Part shown: piece by piece, positions 10,034 through 18,854 of the stretch
Numbering within the stretch: the stretch's first letter is position 1
Layout of the letters: every line of letters begins with the position of its first letter
Source of the DNA: Thermovirgaceae bacterium
Lineage (GTDB): Bacteria; Synergistota; Synergistia; Synergistales; Thermovirgaceae
Assembly (NCBI GenBank): GCA_040767805.1
Contig: JAXGNU010000010.1
Location: 1-58,048 of the forward strand
Length of the DNA stretch: 58,048 nucleotides
Reading direction: 5' to 3'
The notes under the pieces: model-generated
What the model was told of the DNA's origin: nothing
What the model saw: only the letters and a program-made list of their open reading frames with translations
The model's database searches: none
Made by a program: the position numbers and the translations under genes

Positions 10034-10321
10034 TTAAGTGGACTTCAGGATGAGGAAGTCGGACCGGCCCGGATCCGAGTCACAGGGGAGGCACATGACC
10101 TCTCTTACAACGGCTCCGGGGGGTCCGACCCCGACCCACTCGATCATTTGATCAACCAAAGCTTGAGGACCCTGGAAAACCGCCTCAACCCCTCCATCGG
10201 GGCGGTTTTTTATCCACCCCGATAGTCCCAGCGAAAGGGCGGCCTGCCTTGCCCTCCACCGGAAGCCTACTCCCTGGACCGTCCCTGTTATAATGACCCT
10301 GGCGCACTTTTCTTGGTCCAT
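10034..10321 (-). CDS. acyP: Acylphosphatase
   Basis: GTVQGVGFR and GWIKNRPDGGVEAV motifs; 95 aa. Confidence 0.93.
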   Translation of the reverse strand: MDQEKCARVIITGTVQGVGFRWRARQAALSLGLSGWIKNRPDGGVEAVFQGPQALVDQMIEWVGVGPPGAVVREVMCLPCDSDPGRSDFLILKST

Positions 10322-10396
10322 TAACCAATACCTCCGCGGGTGTAAACAAGTTTACCATCCGGCGAAGGGTCTCTTTGAAGTGTTCTCCTGGGAAGG

Positions 10397-11581
10397 ATGA
10401 TCATTAAAATGAATGAAAAGATACAGATAGAAGAGATCCTGGAACGGGAAGGGAAAAAAGCGAAAATAAGGGTATCGGGTAGGGCTTTTCACCCATCCGG
10501 GGGAGGCCAACCCGGTGACAGCGGTCGCCTCGAAAGCGAAGGTTTCGAGGCCGAGGTTCTCGATTGCCGCTCCGGCGGGGATGGCTATGTCCTGGATATA
10601 GTCGTCAAGAAGGGTGAGGTCCCCGTGGGCCGCCCGGTCTTCGCCGCCATCGATTCGGAGCGGAACCGCCGCCTTTCGAGAATGCACACCGGCGAACACG
10701 TCCTTTCCAGGATACTCGAAAACCAGCTGCCCGGGCTGGCCGTGCAAAAAGTCTCTATAGGTGAAAAGGAGAGCTCGGTTTTCATGACCTATCCCGGGGA
10801 TATCGGTTGGGATGACCTGTTCAGGGCGGAGGAAGGCGCCAATAAGGTTATCGCGGCGGACCTTCCGGTCGGGGTAAAAAAGGTCTCGAGGGAAAGAGCC
10901 GACGGTTTCGAAGGCGTAAAGATCAAGTGGGACAGGATCGACGAAAAGGAAGTGACCATTGTCACCATCGGGGAGTTCGACAGCATGGCCTGTTCCGGGA
11001 CCCACGTCGGTTCCACGGCTGAGGTCGGAGGGTTGATCGTTACCGGTTTCAAGGGGGGCAATGGGGAATGGGAGGTCAAGTTCACCGTTGATCGGCAGGA
11101 GACACTACAGAGGCACAGCAGGATAACGAGGATGCTTTCAAGGGAGATCGGCTGCGAAGAGGGAGATCTCCCCTCGGTGGTCGCCAAGCTCAGGGAGGAG
11201 CGGAGGGAAGCAACAAGAAAACTGGACAAGGCCAGGAGATACCTCGAGATCCCCTGGGAGGACATCGGCCGAATGTCGGGGAAGTTGTACTTCTTCGCGA
11301 TAGAGAACTTCCCCCTGGAGTTGGCCTCTACGGGAGTGAAAAAGAAGATCGAAAAGGAAACCGGTTGCGTCGTCGGCTTCCTCTCCCAGGAACAAAGCGG
11401 GGAGGCGTTGTTCATACTTGCTGCCGGAAAGGACCTCGGGGTGGACCTGAAGGGCTTGCTGGCGAAAGCCGATACGTTGCAGGCAAGGGGCGGGGGAACA
11501 GCCGACTGGGTCCAGGGAAGGGCCGGGAACGGGTCGCCCTCTGAATGGAAAAAGGTCCTTCTTTCAATAGTTGACAAATAG
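10397..11581 (+). CDS. AlaX-type trans-editing protein (alanyl-tRNA editing domain plus DHHA1/C-Ala)
   Basis: FHPSGGGQPGD, HTGEH and CSGTH zinc motifs; C-terminal RGGG...QG. Confidence 0.85.
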   Translation: MIIKMNEKIQIEEILEREGKKAKIRVSGRAFHPSGGGQPGDSGRLESEGFEAEVLDCRSGGDGYVLDIVVKKGEVPVGRPVFAAIDSERNRRLSRMHTGEHVLSRILENQLPGLAVQKVSIGEKESSVFMTYPGDIGWDDLFRAEEGANKVIAADLPVGVKKVSRERADGFEGVKIKWDRIDEKEVTIVTIGEFDSMACSGTHVGSTAEVGGLIVTGFKGGNGEWEVKFTVDRQETLQRHSRITRMLSREIGCEEGDLPSVVAKLREERREATRKLDKARRYLEIPWEDIGRMSGKLYFFAIENFPLELASTGVKKKIEKETGCVVGFLSQEQSGEALFILAAGKDLGVDLKGLLAKADTLQARGGGTADWVQGRAGNGSPSEWKKVLLSIVDK

Positions 11582-11599
11582 ATTACACAATGTCATTAT
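11571..11599 (+). promoter_or_regulatory. Sigma70-type promoter with extended -10
   Basis: TTGACA at 11571-11576, 17-bp spacer, TG-n-CATTAT at 11591-11599. Confidence 0.6.
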
Positions 11600-11680
11600 T
11601 GATCTCATAAAACAGCTTGGACGCCCTGTGGGGGTTCAAGCGTCGGCGAAGCCCCAGGAGACAAAGGGGAGGGATAATCC

Positions 11681-11854
11681 TTGATCATCCGGAAGGCATC
11701 TTCAGGAATGAAAGACGGTGCCCGGGAAGCGGAAGGCTTCCTCCAGGGATTGCCGTTGGAAGTCCTTTTTGACGGCAACAGGACTCCCTCGAACGTCCAG
11801 TTGAGAAAGATGATACTCCTCCACGATCTTGCCGCCGGAGACGGGGTTAAATAA
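11681..11854 (+). CDS. Candidate small protein (57 aa, TTG start), unknown function
   Basis: GGGGAGG Shine-Dalgarno ~8 nt before TTG; open frame to TAA at 11852-11854; promoter upstream; no recognisable family. Confidence 0.35.
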   Translation: MIIRKASSGMKDGAREAEGFLQGLPLEVLFDGNRTPSNVQLRKMILLHDLAAGDGVK

Positions 11855-11935
11855 ATTGAAGGGCCGCAGGCTCTCCTTTTTGATATATTGTATCCTTCTG
11901 GGCATTCCCCCCAGTGTAACCCGAGGAGGTCCTCC

Positions 11936-12424
11936 ATGCGCGTTCTTTTCTTTTTGTCCATGAGTGGTGCGGCGATCACTTTCGCCCTTTTTTACACCTG
12001 GTGCATTCAAAAGCCGGCCATAACCGTCATAAGGTTTTTCCAAGGAGAAGACCGGCCCGAGGAGGCACCCCTCGGCGAGACCGGAAAGCTGCCGCCGGCC
12101 GTTCTCCCCCTGGTGTGGTATCCCCTGAGGGTTGTTTTCTTTTTAGGGGAGACTTACATACTGGCGGCCTGGGGAGCCTATTGCATACTCCGGGCCTTTG
12201 AGGCGATGCAAAAGGCCGGTATCGAAAGAGGGCCGGCTTTCCACATCCCAGCCTTTATAGCCTGTATCGGGGCCCTGGGGTACCTGGCAAGGAAAGAACC
12301 CCGAAAGGACATTCTGACCATCATCCAGTCCTGTATCGGGATGGGGAGCTACCTTGTCTTTGTCCTGAACAGGGCTGCCTTAATGACCTATTACCCTTGG
12401 TTGGTCGATTTTTTTTCGAAGTAG
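11936..12424 (+). CDS. Hypothetical membrane protein
   Basis: GAGGAGG RBS before ATG 11936; several hydrophobic segments; no family recognised. Confidence 0.7.
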   Translation: MRVLFFLSMSGAAITFALFYTWCIQKPAITVIRFFQGEDRPEEAPLGETGKLPPAVLPLVWYPLRVVFFLGETYILAAWGAYCILRAFEAMQKAGIERGPAFHIPAFIACIGALGYLARKEPRKDILTIIQSCIGMGSYLVFVLNRAALMTYYPWLVDFFSK

Positions 12425-12447
12425 GCTTCGACTGCCTTTGCCCGGCA

Positions 12448-13470
12448 TCAGGCCCACCGGATCGAATTCGACTTGAAAACCAGGACCACCGTTGACCCTG
12501 GCACTATGCCAAGCCTGGAGAGGGACCCCTTCGTGATCCTGGAGGTGAGGACCGTATCCTGGATGTTCACCGTAACAAGAATGCTTTGTCCCTCGTCCTC
12601 CAGGTTCAACCTGGTAACGATTCCTCTCAAAGCGTTCCTTCCCGAAGAAACCCCGGGATCGTCCAAGGAAAGGATAATATCACCCGGGTCCAGTAAGCCC
12701 GTGGAATATTCGTTGCCTGGTTTTCCCGCCGCCGTTATGACCTGGCCATCCTCCAGGTACCTGCGGGCGGTACCGTCGTTCCCCTCTTCCCAGGGACCCT
12801 GGATGATGTTTTCGATATTCCTGGATTGGATCTTGCCTGAAAACATGGAGATCACTTCGTCGGCGGCGCCGTAGGACCACTCGATATCATGGCTCACGAG
12901 TACGATGGACGCGCCGAACTTTTCCCTGGCGTCCACGATGGCCCGGGCGATGATCCTCGCACTGTTGGCATCGATGCTAGCCGTAGGTTCATCGAGGATC
13001 AATACTTCCGGCCTTAAAACCAGCCTCGAAGCCAAGGCCACCCTTTGTGACTCTCCCCCGGATAACTGGAACCAGTGCCTGCCGGCGAAATCCCCTGGAT
13101 CGAGCCCGACCATCTCGAGAGCCGAATGCACTTTTCGGGTAAGACCCTCCTTGACGCCCCTGGCCTTGAGGCCGTAAACCACGTTTTCAAAAACCGTCCT
13201 TTTTAGAAGCCTGGTTTCCTGGAGAAGGAGAGTGGCTTCTCTTCTCAACTGTTCATTAATGTCCCGTACCGGTATCCCCTTGAAAAGAAGTCGCCCGCTC
13301 CGTGGCCTTTCAAGAAAGGCCAGTATCCTCAGGAGGGTACTTTTACCGCACCCGTTGGGGCCGGTAATCCCCAGGATGGAGCCCCTTTCTATTTTCAGCT
13401 CGGAGACCTCCAGGACGGTGCGACCGGCGTAGGACTGGGTGACGCTCTCGAGTTCGTAGATATAGGTCAA
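12448..13470 (-). CDS. tupC: Tungstate ABC transporter ATP-binding subunit with C-terminal TOBE domain
   Basis: GPNGCGKST, LSGGESQR and ILDEPT motifs; C-terminal SGRNALRG...ITKGS TOBE-like segment; downstream of tupAB. Confidence 0.88.
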   Translation of the reverse strand: MTYIYELESVTQSYAGRTVLEVSELKIERGSILGITGPNGCGKSTLLRILAFLERPRSGRLLFKGIPVRDINEQLRREATLLLQETRLLKRTVFENVVYGLKARGVKEGLTRKVHSALEMVGLDPGDFAGRHWFQLSGGESQRVALASRLVLRPEVLILDEPTASIDANSARIIARAIVDAREKFGASIVLVSHDIEWSYGAADEVISMFSGKIQSRNIENIIQGPWEEGNDGTARRYLEDGQVITAAGKPGNEYSTGLLDPGDIILSLDDPGVSSGRNALRGIVTRLNLEDEGQSILVTVNIQDTVLTSRITKGSLSRLGIVPGSTVVLVFKSNSIRWA

Positions 13471-14162
13471 CTGGCGGCCCTCTTTCTCGCCACCGACACG
13501 GCCCCGTTGACGATAAAGGCTATGGACAGCAGAACGATGCCCAGGGCTATCCCCTCGGCGAACTGGCCCTTACCCGTCTCAAGGGCAATGGCGGTGGTGA
13601 TCGTCCGGGTTCTCCATTTAATGTTGCCTCCGATCATCATGGAGACACCCACCTCGGAGATGATCCTGCTGTAGGCCGTCATGGCTGCGGCCACGACGGC
13701 GTATCGTCCCTCCCAGAGCGAACTGGCCGCCAGTTGCCCGGGAGAAGCCCCCAGCGTCATCAAGGTGAGGCGGGTGGAATCCTCCATCTGTTCCGTGGCC
13801 GACGCGGTTAGGGACACCACCACCGGGAGCCCGAGGAAAAACTGGCCGATGGCGACTCCCCGCAAGGTGAAAAGGAGGCCCAGCCCCCCGAAGGGGCCGC
13901 TCCTGGAGATGAAAGCGTAGACCAGCAACCCGACGACAACGGTCGGGATCGCCATCAAGGTATCTGATATAGCCCTGCAGGCGTGTTTGCCGGGAAAGGA
14001 ATAGTATCCCAGGATGAATCCCAAGGGTATCCCCGCCGTCAGGGTGAGGAGGATCGAAAAGGTCGATACCTTCACGGTCGTGAAAATAGCGTTGAAGGTC
14101 CCCTCTTGTCCTGAAAGGAGGATGGTAAAAGCCGCTTTGAACCCTTCGGACAGATAATGCAT
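13467..14162 (-). CDS. tupB: Tungstate ABC transporter permease
   Basis: PTVVVGL, SRSGPFG and SEVGVSMMIGGNI...TRTITTAIALE motifs of TupB. Confidence 0.92.
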   Translation of the reverse strand: MHYLSEGFKAAFTILLSGQEGTFNAIFTTVKVSTFSILLTLTAGIPLGFILGYYSFPGKHACRAISDTLMAIPTVVVGLLVYAFISRSGPFGGLGLLFTLRGVAIGQFFLGLPVVVSLTASATEQMEDSTRLTLMTLGASPGQLAASSLWEGRYAVVAAAMTAYSRIISEVGVSMMIGGNIKWRTRTITTAIALETGKGQFAEGIALGIVLLSIAFIVNGAVSVARKRAAS

Positions 14163-14239
14163 TGCCGCCTCCAGTTTTTTTCCTTGTATCCTACCTTGGA
14201 AGCCTCCGACGAGCCTTGGCCCGGCCTCCCGGCTCCCGT

Positions 14240-14290
14240 AAAAAGGAACCCCGCAAGATCCCCAGGGGGGTGGGGAGGATGCGGGGTCCC
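14240..14290 (-). terminator. Hairpin with U-tract between tupA and tupB
   Basis: GGAACCCCGCA (14245-14255) pairs with TGCGGGGTCCC (14280-14290); followed by TTTTT on the minus strand. Confidence 0.5.
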
Positions 14291-14311
14291 CTGCTGATTG
14301 GCAAAGCCCGT

Positions 14312-15136
14312 TTACTTCGCGTTAGGGACAAACAGGGGTTTGCCTAGAAGGCTGAACTCCCCGATCATCTTCTGGACCTTGTCGGAGCGCATCCAGTCGG
14401 AAAATTTCAAGGCCAGGTCGTAACGGAGATGGTCTCCCCTTACCGGGTTGACGGCGATAACGCTGTACTGGTTGAAGAGCGCTTCATCGCCCTCGACCAG
14501 TATCACCAAGGGGGGGTTGCCCTTGTAGTTGTCCTCGTACTTTATGAAGGTGCCCCTGTCGGTCAAGGTGTAGCCGACCTTCTCGGCTGCTATGTTGATC
14601 GTATCGAGCATGCCCTGCCCGGTTTGGATGTACCAGTTCTCCTTCTCGGGTTGACCGTATCCAAATCTCTCCCAAAGGTCTAGTTCCAGGACGTGGGTGC
14701 CGGATTTATCACCCCGGCTGGCGAAGGGCGCCCCCTTGGTAGCGATAGAGATAAACGCCTCTTTAACGGTTTTGCCCTTGATCTTGGCAGGGTCTGATGG
14801 GGGACCGATTATTATGAAATCGTTGTACATGACCTGTCGGCGGTTGACCCCATAGCCGTCCTGAACGTACTGCTTTTCCACTTCGGGGGCGTGGACAAGG
14901 AGGACGTCCACATCGAGATTTTTACCCAATTCGAGGGCCTTTCCGGTCCCTACTGAAACCCACTGGAGTTCGATCCCCGTATCCTTGAGAAACTCCGGGG
15001 CCAGGTAGTCCAGAAGTCCCGTGTTGTCCGTGCTGGTCGTAGTGGCCATGCGCAACACTTCGGCGGAAAAAGCGGAATAAGCTGCGATGGAAAGGACGAG
15101 AATCGAAAAGAAGAGAATCCTTAAAGAACGTTTCAT
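14312..15136 (-). CDS. tupA: Tungstate ABC transporter substrate-binding protein
   Basis: Signal peptide; ATTTSTDNTGLL TupA signature; VGTGKAL and SRGDKSGTH motifs. Confidence 0.94.
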   Translation of the reverse strand: MKRSLRILFFSILVLSIAAYSAFSAEVLRMATTTSTDNTGLLDYLAPEFLKDTGIELQWVSVGTGKALELGKNLDVDVLLVHAPEVEKQYVQDGYGVNRRQVMYNDFIIIGPPSDPAKIKGKTVKEAFISIATKGAPFASRGDKSGTHVLELDLWERFGYGQPEKENWYIQTGQGMLDTINIAAEKVGYTLTDRGTFIKYEDNYKGNPPLVILVEGDEALFNQYSVIAVNPVRGDHLRYDLALKFSDWMRSDKVQKMIGEFSLLGKPLFVPNAK

Positions 15137-15175
15137 TGCAACAACCTCCTTTAGTTGAAGTGGGGTCGTCTTTCA

Positions 15176-15210
15176 TAAAAAAACCGTCTCCCCGCGTTGG
15201 GGGGAGACGG
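15176..15210 (-). terminator. Intrinsic terminator in the tupA leader (riboswitch expression platform)
   Basis: CCGTCTCCCC-CCAACGC-GGGGAGACGG followed by a T-run on the minus strand, upstream of the tupA RBS. Confidence 0.85.
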
Positions 15211-15233
15211 TCCGCTAGGCCGGCCACTCCTTC

Positions 15234-15325
15234 CTCCTTTCCAAACGCGGGAGGCGTTCCTGTTTCCGGGAACGCCCTTCGGCCCTCCGCCGTGGGAAAT
15301 ACCTTTAGGCGGAAGGGCTCGGAGG
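15234..15325 (-). promoter_or_regulatory. Moco/Tuco RNA motif riboswitch (short variant apparently lacking P3)
   Basis: Minus strand reads CTCCGAG..CCTAA..CACGG..GCC..GGAAAC..CCTCCCGCGTTTGGAAAGGAG, matching Moco motif landmarks; upstream of tupABC. Confidence 0.88.
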
Positions 15326-15551
15326 TTTTGTTAGTGGGAATATATCATGTAAGGAAAGGAAGGTAAAGGGGTTTGATGGAAGGGGTGGAGTAGTGAGGCT
15401 AAGGCCGTTAAGAAAGAAAAAGGAGGACCCCACGATCGGGCACCGAACAAGGCGTGGGGAAAGGCCGGACTTATGCTTTAGGCGGTAGGTCTTCGTAGCG
15501 ACAGGGGATATAATCTTTCCATAAGCGAAAGGGAGAAACGGGGGGGCGAAG

Positions 15552-16769
15552 GTGGAAGACAAAAAGATGGGTATCGACGCTGTCCACTCGGGGGACCGGG
15601 TTAAGGAAGGTGTGGCGAGGCCGAAAGTCCCTCCGATTTATGCCAGTTCAGTTTATTCTTTTGAATCCTTTTCAGACCTAGAGGATGTGTTCGACGACAA
15701 GAAACCGGGGTATATATACGCCAGGATGGGCCACCCCAATGCCTCCCTCCTGGAGGAAACCCTGTCGGCCCTTGAGAGGACCGAGGCCGCCCTGGTTTTC
15801 TCCTCGGGGATGGCGGCTATAACCACCGCTTTCCTTTCAGCCCTGAGACCTGGGGATCACGTGGTGGCCGACCGCGTGCTTTACGGGGGGACCTTCTCCT
15901 TTATCGACGGGTTCTTAAGGGATTGGGGGGTCGAGACAACCCTTGTGGATACCCTGGATCCCGGCCAGGTAAGAGAAGCCCTCCTCCCCAGGACCAAAGT
16001 AATCTACCTTGAGACCATTTCAAACCCCCTAATGAGAGTCGCCGATGTCCCAACCCTCGCGGAGATTGCTTCTTCCTCGGGGGCGATGCTCTTTGTCGAT
16101 AATACCTTTGCCAGCCCCATCCTCTGCAAGCCGGCCTCGATGGGCGCCGATGTGGTCATTCACAGCCTTACCAAGTACATCAATGGGCACAGTGACGTGA
16201 CCGGGGGGAGTATCGCCGGTGGGAGGCAATTCATGGAAAAGGCCTCCCGGTTGCGCTCCATGATGGGCGGGAGCATGAGCCCTTTCGATGCCTGGCTCGT
16301 ACAGAGGGGGGCCAGGACCCTGCACCTCAGAATGGCGGCTCACTCGGCTAACGCTCTTCATATCGCGAGAGCCCTTGAGAGGCACCCACAGGTCACCAGG
16401 GTCGAGTACCCAGGGCTGGAGAGGCATCCCAGTTATGGCATGGCCCGAAAGATCCTCGAAGGGGGATTCGGGGGTATGCTGAGCTTCGAGCTAAAGGGGG
16501 GCGAAAAAGCCGCGGAAAGGTTCGTGGACGCCCTGGGGCTTGTTGACCTGGTCCCAAGCTTGGCTTCCACGTCGACGATCGTTTCCTACCCAGCGAAGAC
16601 ATCCCACCGGTCCCTTTCCGAGGACCAACGTGCGGCGGCAGGTATCTCGGGAGGCCTTTTAAGGCTTTCCGCGGGCATCGAGCCCGTGGAGCCCGTCCTT
16701 GAGGATATCCTTCGAGCCCTGGATCCCATGGCCGGGGAAGGGAAAAAGGGGGAGGGAAACGCCCGGTGA
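15552..16769 (+). CDS. PLP-dependent Cys/Met metabolism enzyme (methionine gamma-lyase / cystathionine gamma-lyase family)
   Basis: YARMGHPN, FSSGMAA, VDNTFASP, HSLTKYINGHSD (PLP lysine) and LLRLSAGIE motifs. Confidence 0.9.
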   Translation: MEDKKMGIDAVHSGDRVKEGVARPKVPPIYASSVYSFESFSDLEDVFDDKKPGYIYARMGHPNASLLEETLSALERTEAALVFSSGMAAITTAFLSALRPGDHVVADRVLYGGTFSFIDGFLRDWGVETTLVDTLDPGQVREALLPRTKVIYLETISNPLMRVADVPTLAEIASSSGAMLFVDNTFASPILCKPASMGADVVIHSLTKYINGHSDVTGGSIAGGRQFMEKASRLRSMMGGSMSPFDAWLVQRGARTLHLRMAAHSANALHIARALERHPQVTRVEYPGLERHPSYGMARKILEGGFGGMLSFELKGGEKAAERFVDALGLVDLVPSLASTSTIVSYPAKTSHRSLSEDQRAAAGISGGLLRLSAGIEPVEPVLEDILRALDPMAGEGKKGEGNAR

Positions 16770-16837
16770 AAAGTGTGCTGGTCACCTTTCACAACGACCA
16801 GGCCGCCGACCTCGCCGTGGCGGAGGCCCGTTAAGCC

Positions 16838-17440
16838 TCAAGACCGTGCCTCGCCGTCACCCCAAATGTTTTCCCTGTCGGCGACCTCGTAGAGGTGATC
16901 GAGGATCTCGGCGAAGAGAGGGTCGGTTTTGCGGGGCGGGTCGGTCCTTAGAAAGGTCCTCTCCCTGGAGATCCCGTTCTCCTTCCAGGATTTACCCTTG
17001 GAAATGCAGTTCTGGGTGAAACCCTGCAGGTGGTCCAGGGCCTTGGCGAAACGGGCCTCGGGTGTTTGAGCCTTCTCGAATTCGTCCCATAGGTCCCGGA
17101 ATTTCCCGGCGAGGTCGCGGGGGAGGGAGGAGAACAGGGCCTCCGCCGCCTCTTCTTCCCTTGCCCTTTGCCCTGCCACGGCCGTCTCGTCGAAGGCGTA
17201 GGTGTCGCCGGCGTAAATTTCGACCAGGTCATGGGTCAGGACCAGTTCCAGGGTCCTAAGGAGGTCCACCTTGAACCCGATCTCGTCCCGGAGGAGCACA
17301 GCCCACAGGGCCAGGTGCCACATGTGTTCGGCTATGCTTTCGCGTCGGCTGCCGTCACCCAGGTAACCCTTCCTCAGGACGGTCTTGGCCTTGTCCAGGG
17401 TAAAAAGGAATTCCAGGATCCTACCAGTGCGTTCATTCAT
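16838..17440 (-). CDS. HD-domain phosphohydrolase (YfbR/HDDC2-like)
   Basis: RESIAEHMW, THDLVEIYAGD and TPEARFAKALD motifs. Confidence 0.88.
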   Translation of the reverse strand: MNERTGRILEFLFTLDKAKTVLRKGYLGDGSRRESIAEHMWHLALWAVLLRDEIGFKVDLLRTLELVLTHDLVEIYAGDTYAFDETAVAGQRAREEEAAEALFSSLPRDLAGKFRDLWDEFEKAQTPEARFAKALDHLQGFTQNCISKGKSWKENGISRERTFLRTDPPRKTDPLFAEILDHLYEVADRENIWGDGEARS

Positions 17441-17598
17441 TTAAAAGCCTCCCAGCGCGAGACGATGGGCCAAGGGCGTCCGAAACGGCCGGTACGTGAT
17501 TGGCCTTTGAGGACGGATGCATTATATATAAAGGGTCGTGCAACCTATCCAGGTCCCCCTGTTTTTGGGGGGAATAATTCCAAGGAGGTGCGTTTTCG

Positions 17599-18852
17599 GT
17601 GATGATCGATGCCAGGTACAGGGACATACCCCGAAGGAGGGCAGATTTTCCCGCCCTAGCCAGGGTTCACAACGGTTTCCCACTGGCTTTCTTCGATGGC
17701 CCTGGAGGCACCCAGGTCCCCCAGGCGGTGATAGATGCCGTAACATCTTACTACCATACCTGCAATTCCAATACCCAAGGTTTTTTCGTGACCACCAACG
17801 AGACGGACAAGATCATCGAGGACACGAGGGAAAGGGTGGGCGAATTCCTGGGAGCTGACAGCGGCAGGCTTATCTCCTTCGGCCACAACATGACCAGCCT
17901 CAACTTCGCCCTGAGCCGAGGGATAGGCAAGATGCTTATGCCGGGCGAGGAAGTCCTGATCACCCAACTGGACCATGAGGCCAATAGGGGTCCATGGCTC
18001 TCCCTAAGGGAGGAGGGGGTGGTCGTCAGGGAGGTGGCTCTTCTTCCCGAGGGAACGCTGGACTACGATGATCTCGCCGCCAAGATCAACGAGAACACGC
18101 GGCTCGTGGCGATGGGTTTTTCTTCAAACGCTCTCGGTACCGTCAACGATGTGGCCCTTGCCAGGGAATTGACTCACAAGGTGGGAGCCCTGCTCCTCGT
18201 CGATGCCGTCCATTACGTCCCGCATTTTCCCGTCGACGTCAAGGCCCTCGGCTTGGACTTCCTGCTCTGCTCGGCTTACAAGTTCTACGGGACCCACATA
18301 GGCATCCTCTATTCGAGAGAGGGGCTCCTTGACCGGGTACCCGTGCATAACCTAAGAACCCAGGAGCAACAGGCGCCCTACCGGATCGAGACAGGCACCC
18401 TCAACCACGCAGCCATCGCCGGTGTCAAATCAGCGGTGGAATACCTTTCCACCTTCGGCGCGGGGGATGACCTGCGCTCGAGGATCGTTACCGGGATGGA
18501 AAGGATCGGTGAGTACGAACACATCCTCGGCAAGGAGATCTACCTGGGTCTAAGAGAGATTAAGGGGGTAGAGGTCGTCGGTCCGGCCTTCACTTCAGAG
18601 AGGAGGGCCCCGACGGTCTCCTTCACCATGGAAGGCATGGACCCCATCGAAGTCTGCCGGCTTCTCGACCGGCGGGGTATCTGCGCTTGGGATGGGCACT
18701 TCTACGCGGTGCGCCCTATCGAGGTCCTCGGCCTCCTGGAAAAGGGCGGGGTCACCAGGGTGGGTGTATCGCTCTACAACACCTCCGAGGAAGTCCAGAG
18801 GCTGCTGGAAGCCGTCAGCGATATCGCCGGCGGAAGGCTCCGTGGGGATTGA
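17599..18852 (+). CDS. Cysteine desulfurase-like class V PLP enzyme lacking the catalytic Cys motif
   Basis: FFDGPGGTQVP, LDHEAN, DAVH, SAYKFYG and ETGT motifs; WDGHFYA where SufS has RxGHHCA. Confidence 0.85.
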   Translation: MMIDARYRDIPRRRADFPALARVHNGFPLAFFDGPGGTQVPQAVIDAVTSYYHTCNSNTQGFFVTTNETDKIIEDTRERVGEFLGADSGRLISFGHNMTSLNFALSRGIGKMLMPGEEVLITQLDHEANRGPWLSLREEGVVVREVALLPEGTLDYDDLAAKINENTRLVAMGFSSNALGTVNDVALARELTHKVGALLLVDAVHYVPHFPVDVKALGLDFLLCSAYKFYGTHIGILYSREGLLDRVPVHNLRTQEQQAPYRIETGTLNHAAIAGVKSAVEYLSTFGAGDDLRSRIVTGMERIGEYEHILGKEIYLGLREIKGVEVVGPAFTSERRAPTVSFTMEGMDPIEVCRLLDRRGICAWDGHFYAVRPIEVLGLLEKGGVTRVGVSLYNTSEEVQRLLEAVSDIAGGRLRGD

Positions 18853-18854
18853 AG

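Noticed and set aside
11613..11803. 6S RNA for the ~190-nt closed structure
   Set aside because: The visible pairing is multibranched rather than a long rod with a central bubble; kept only as an unassigned candidate.
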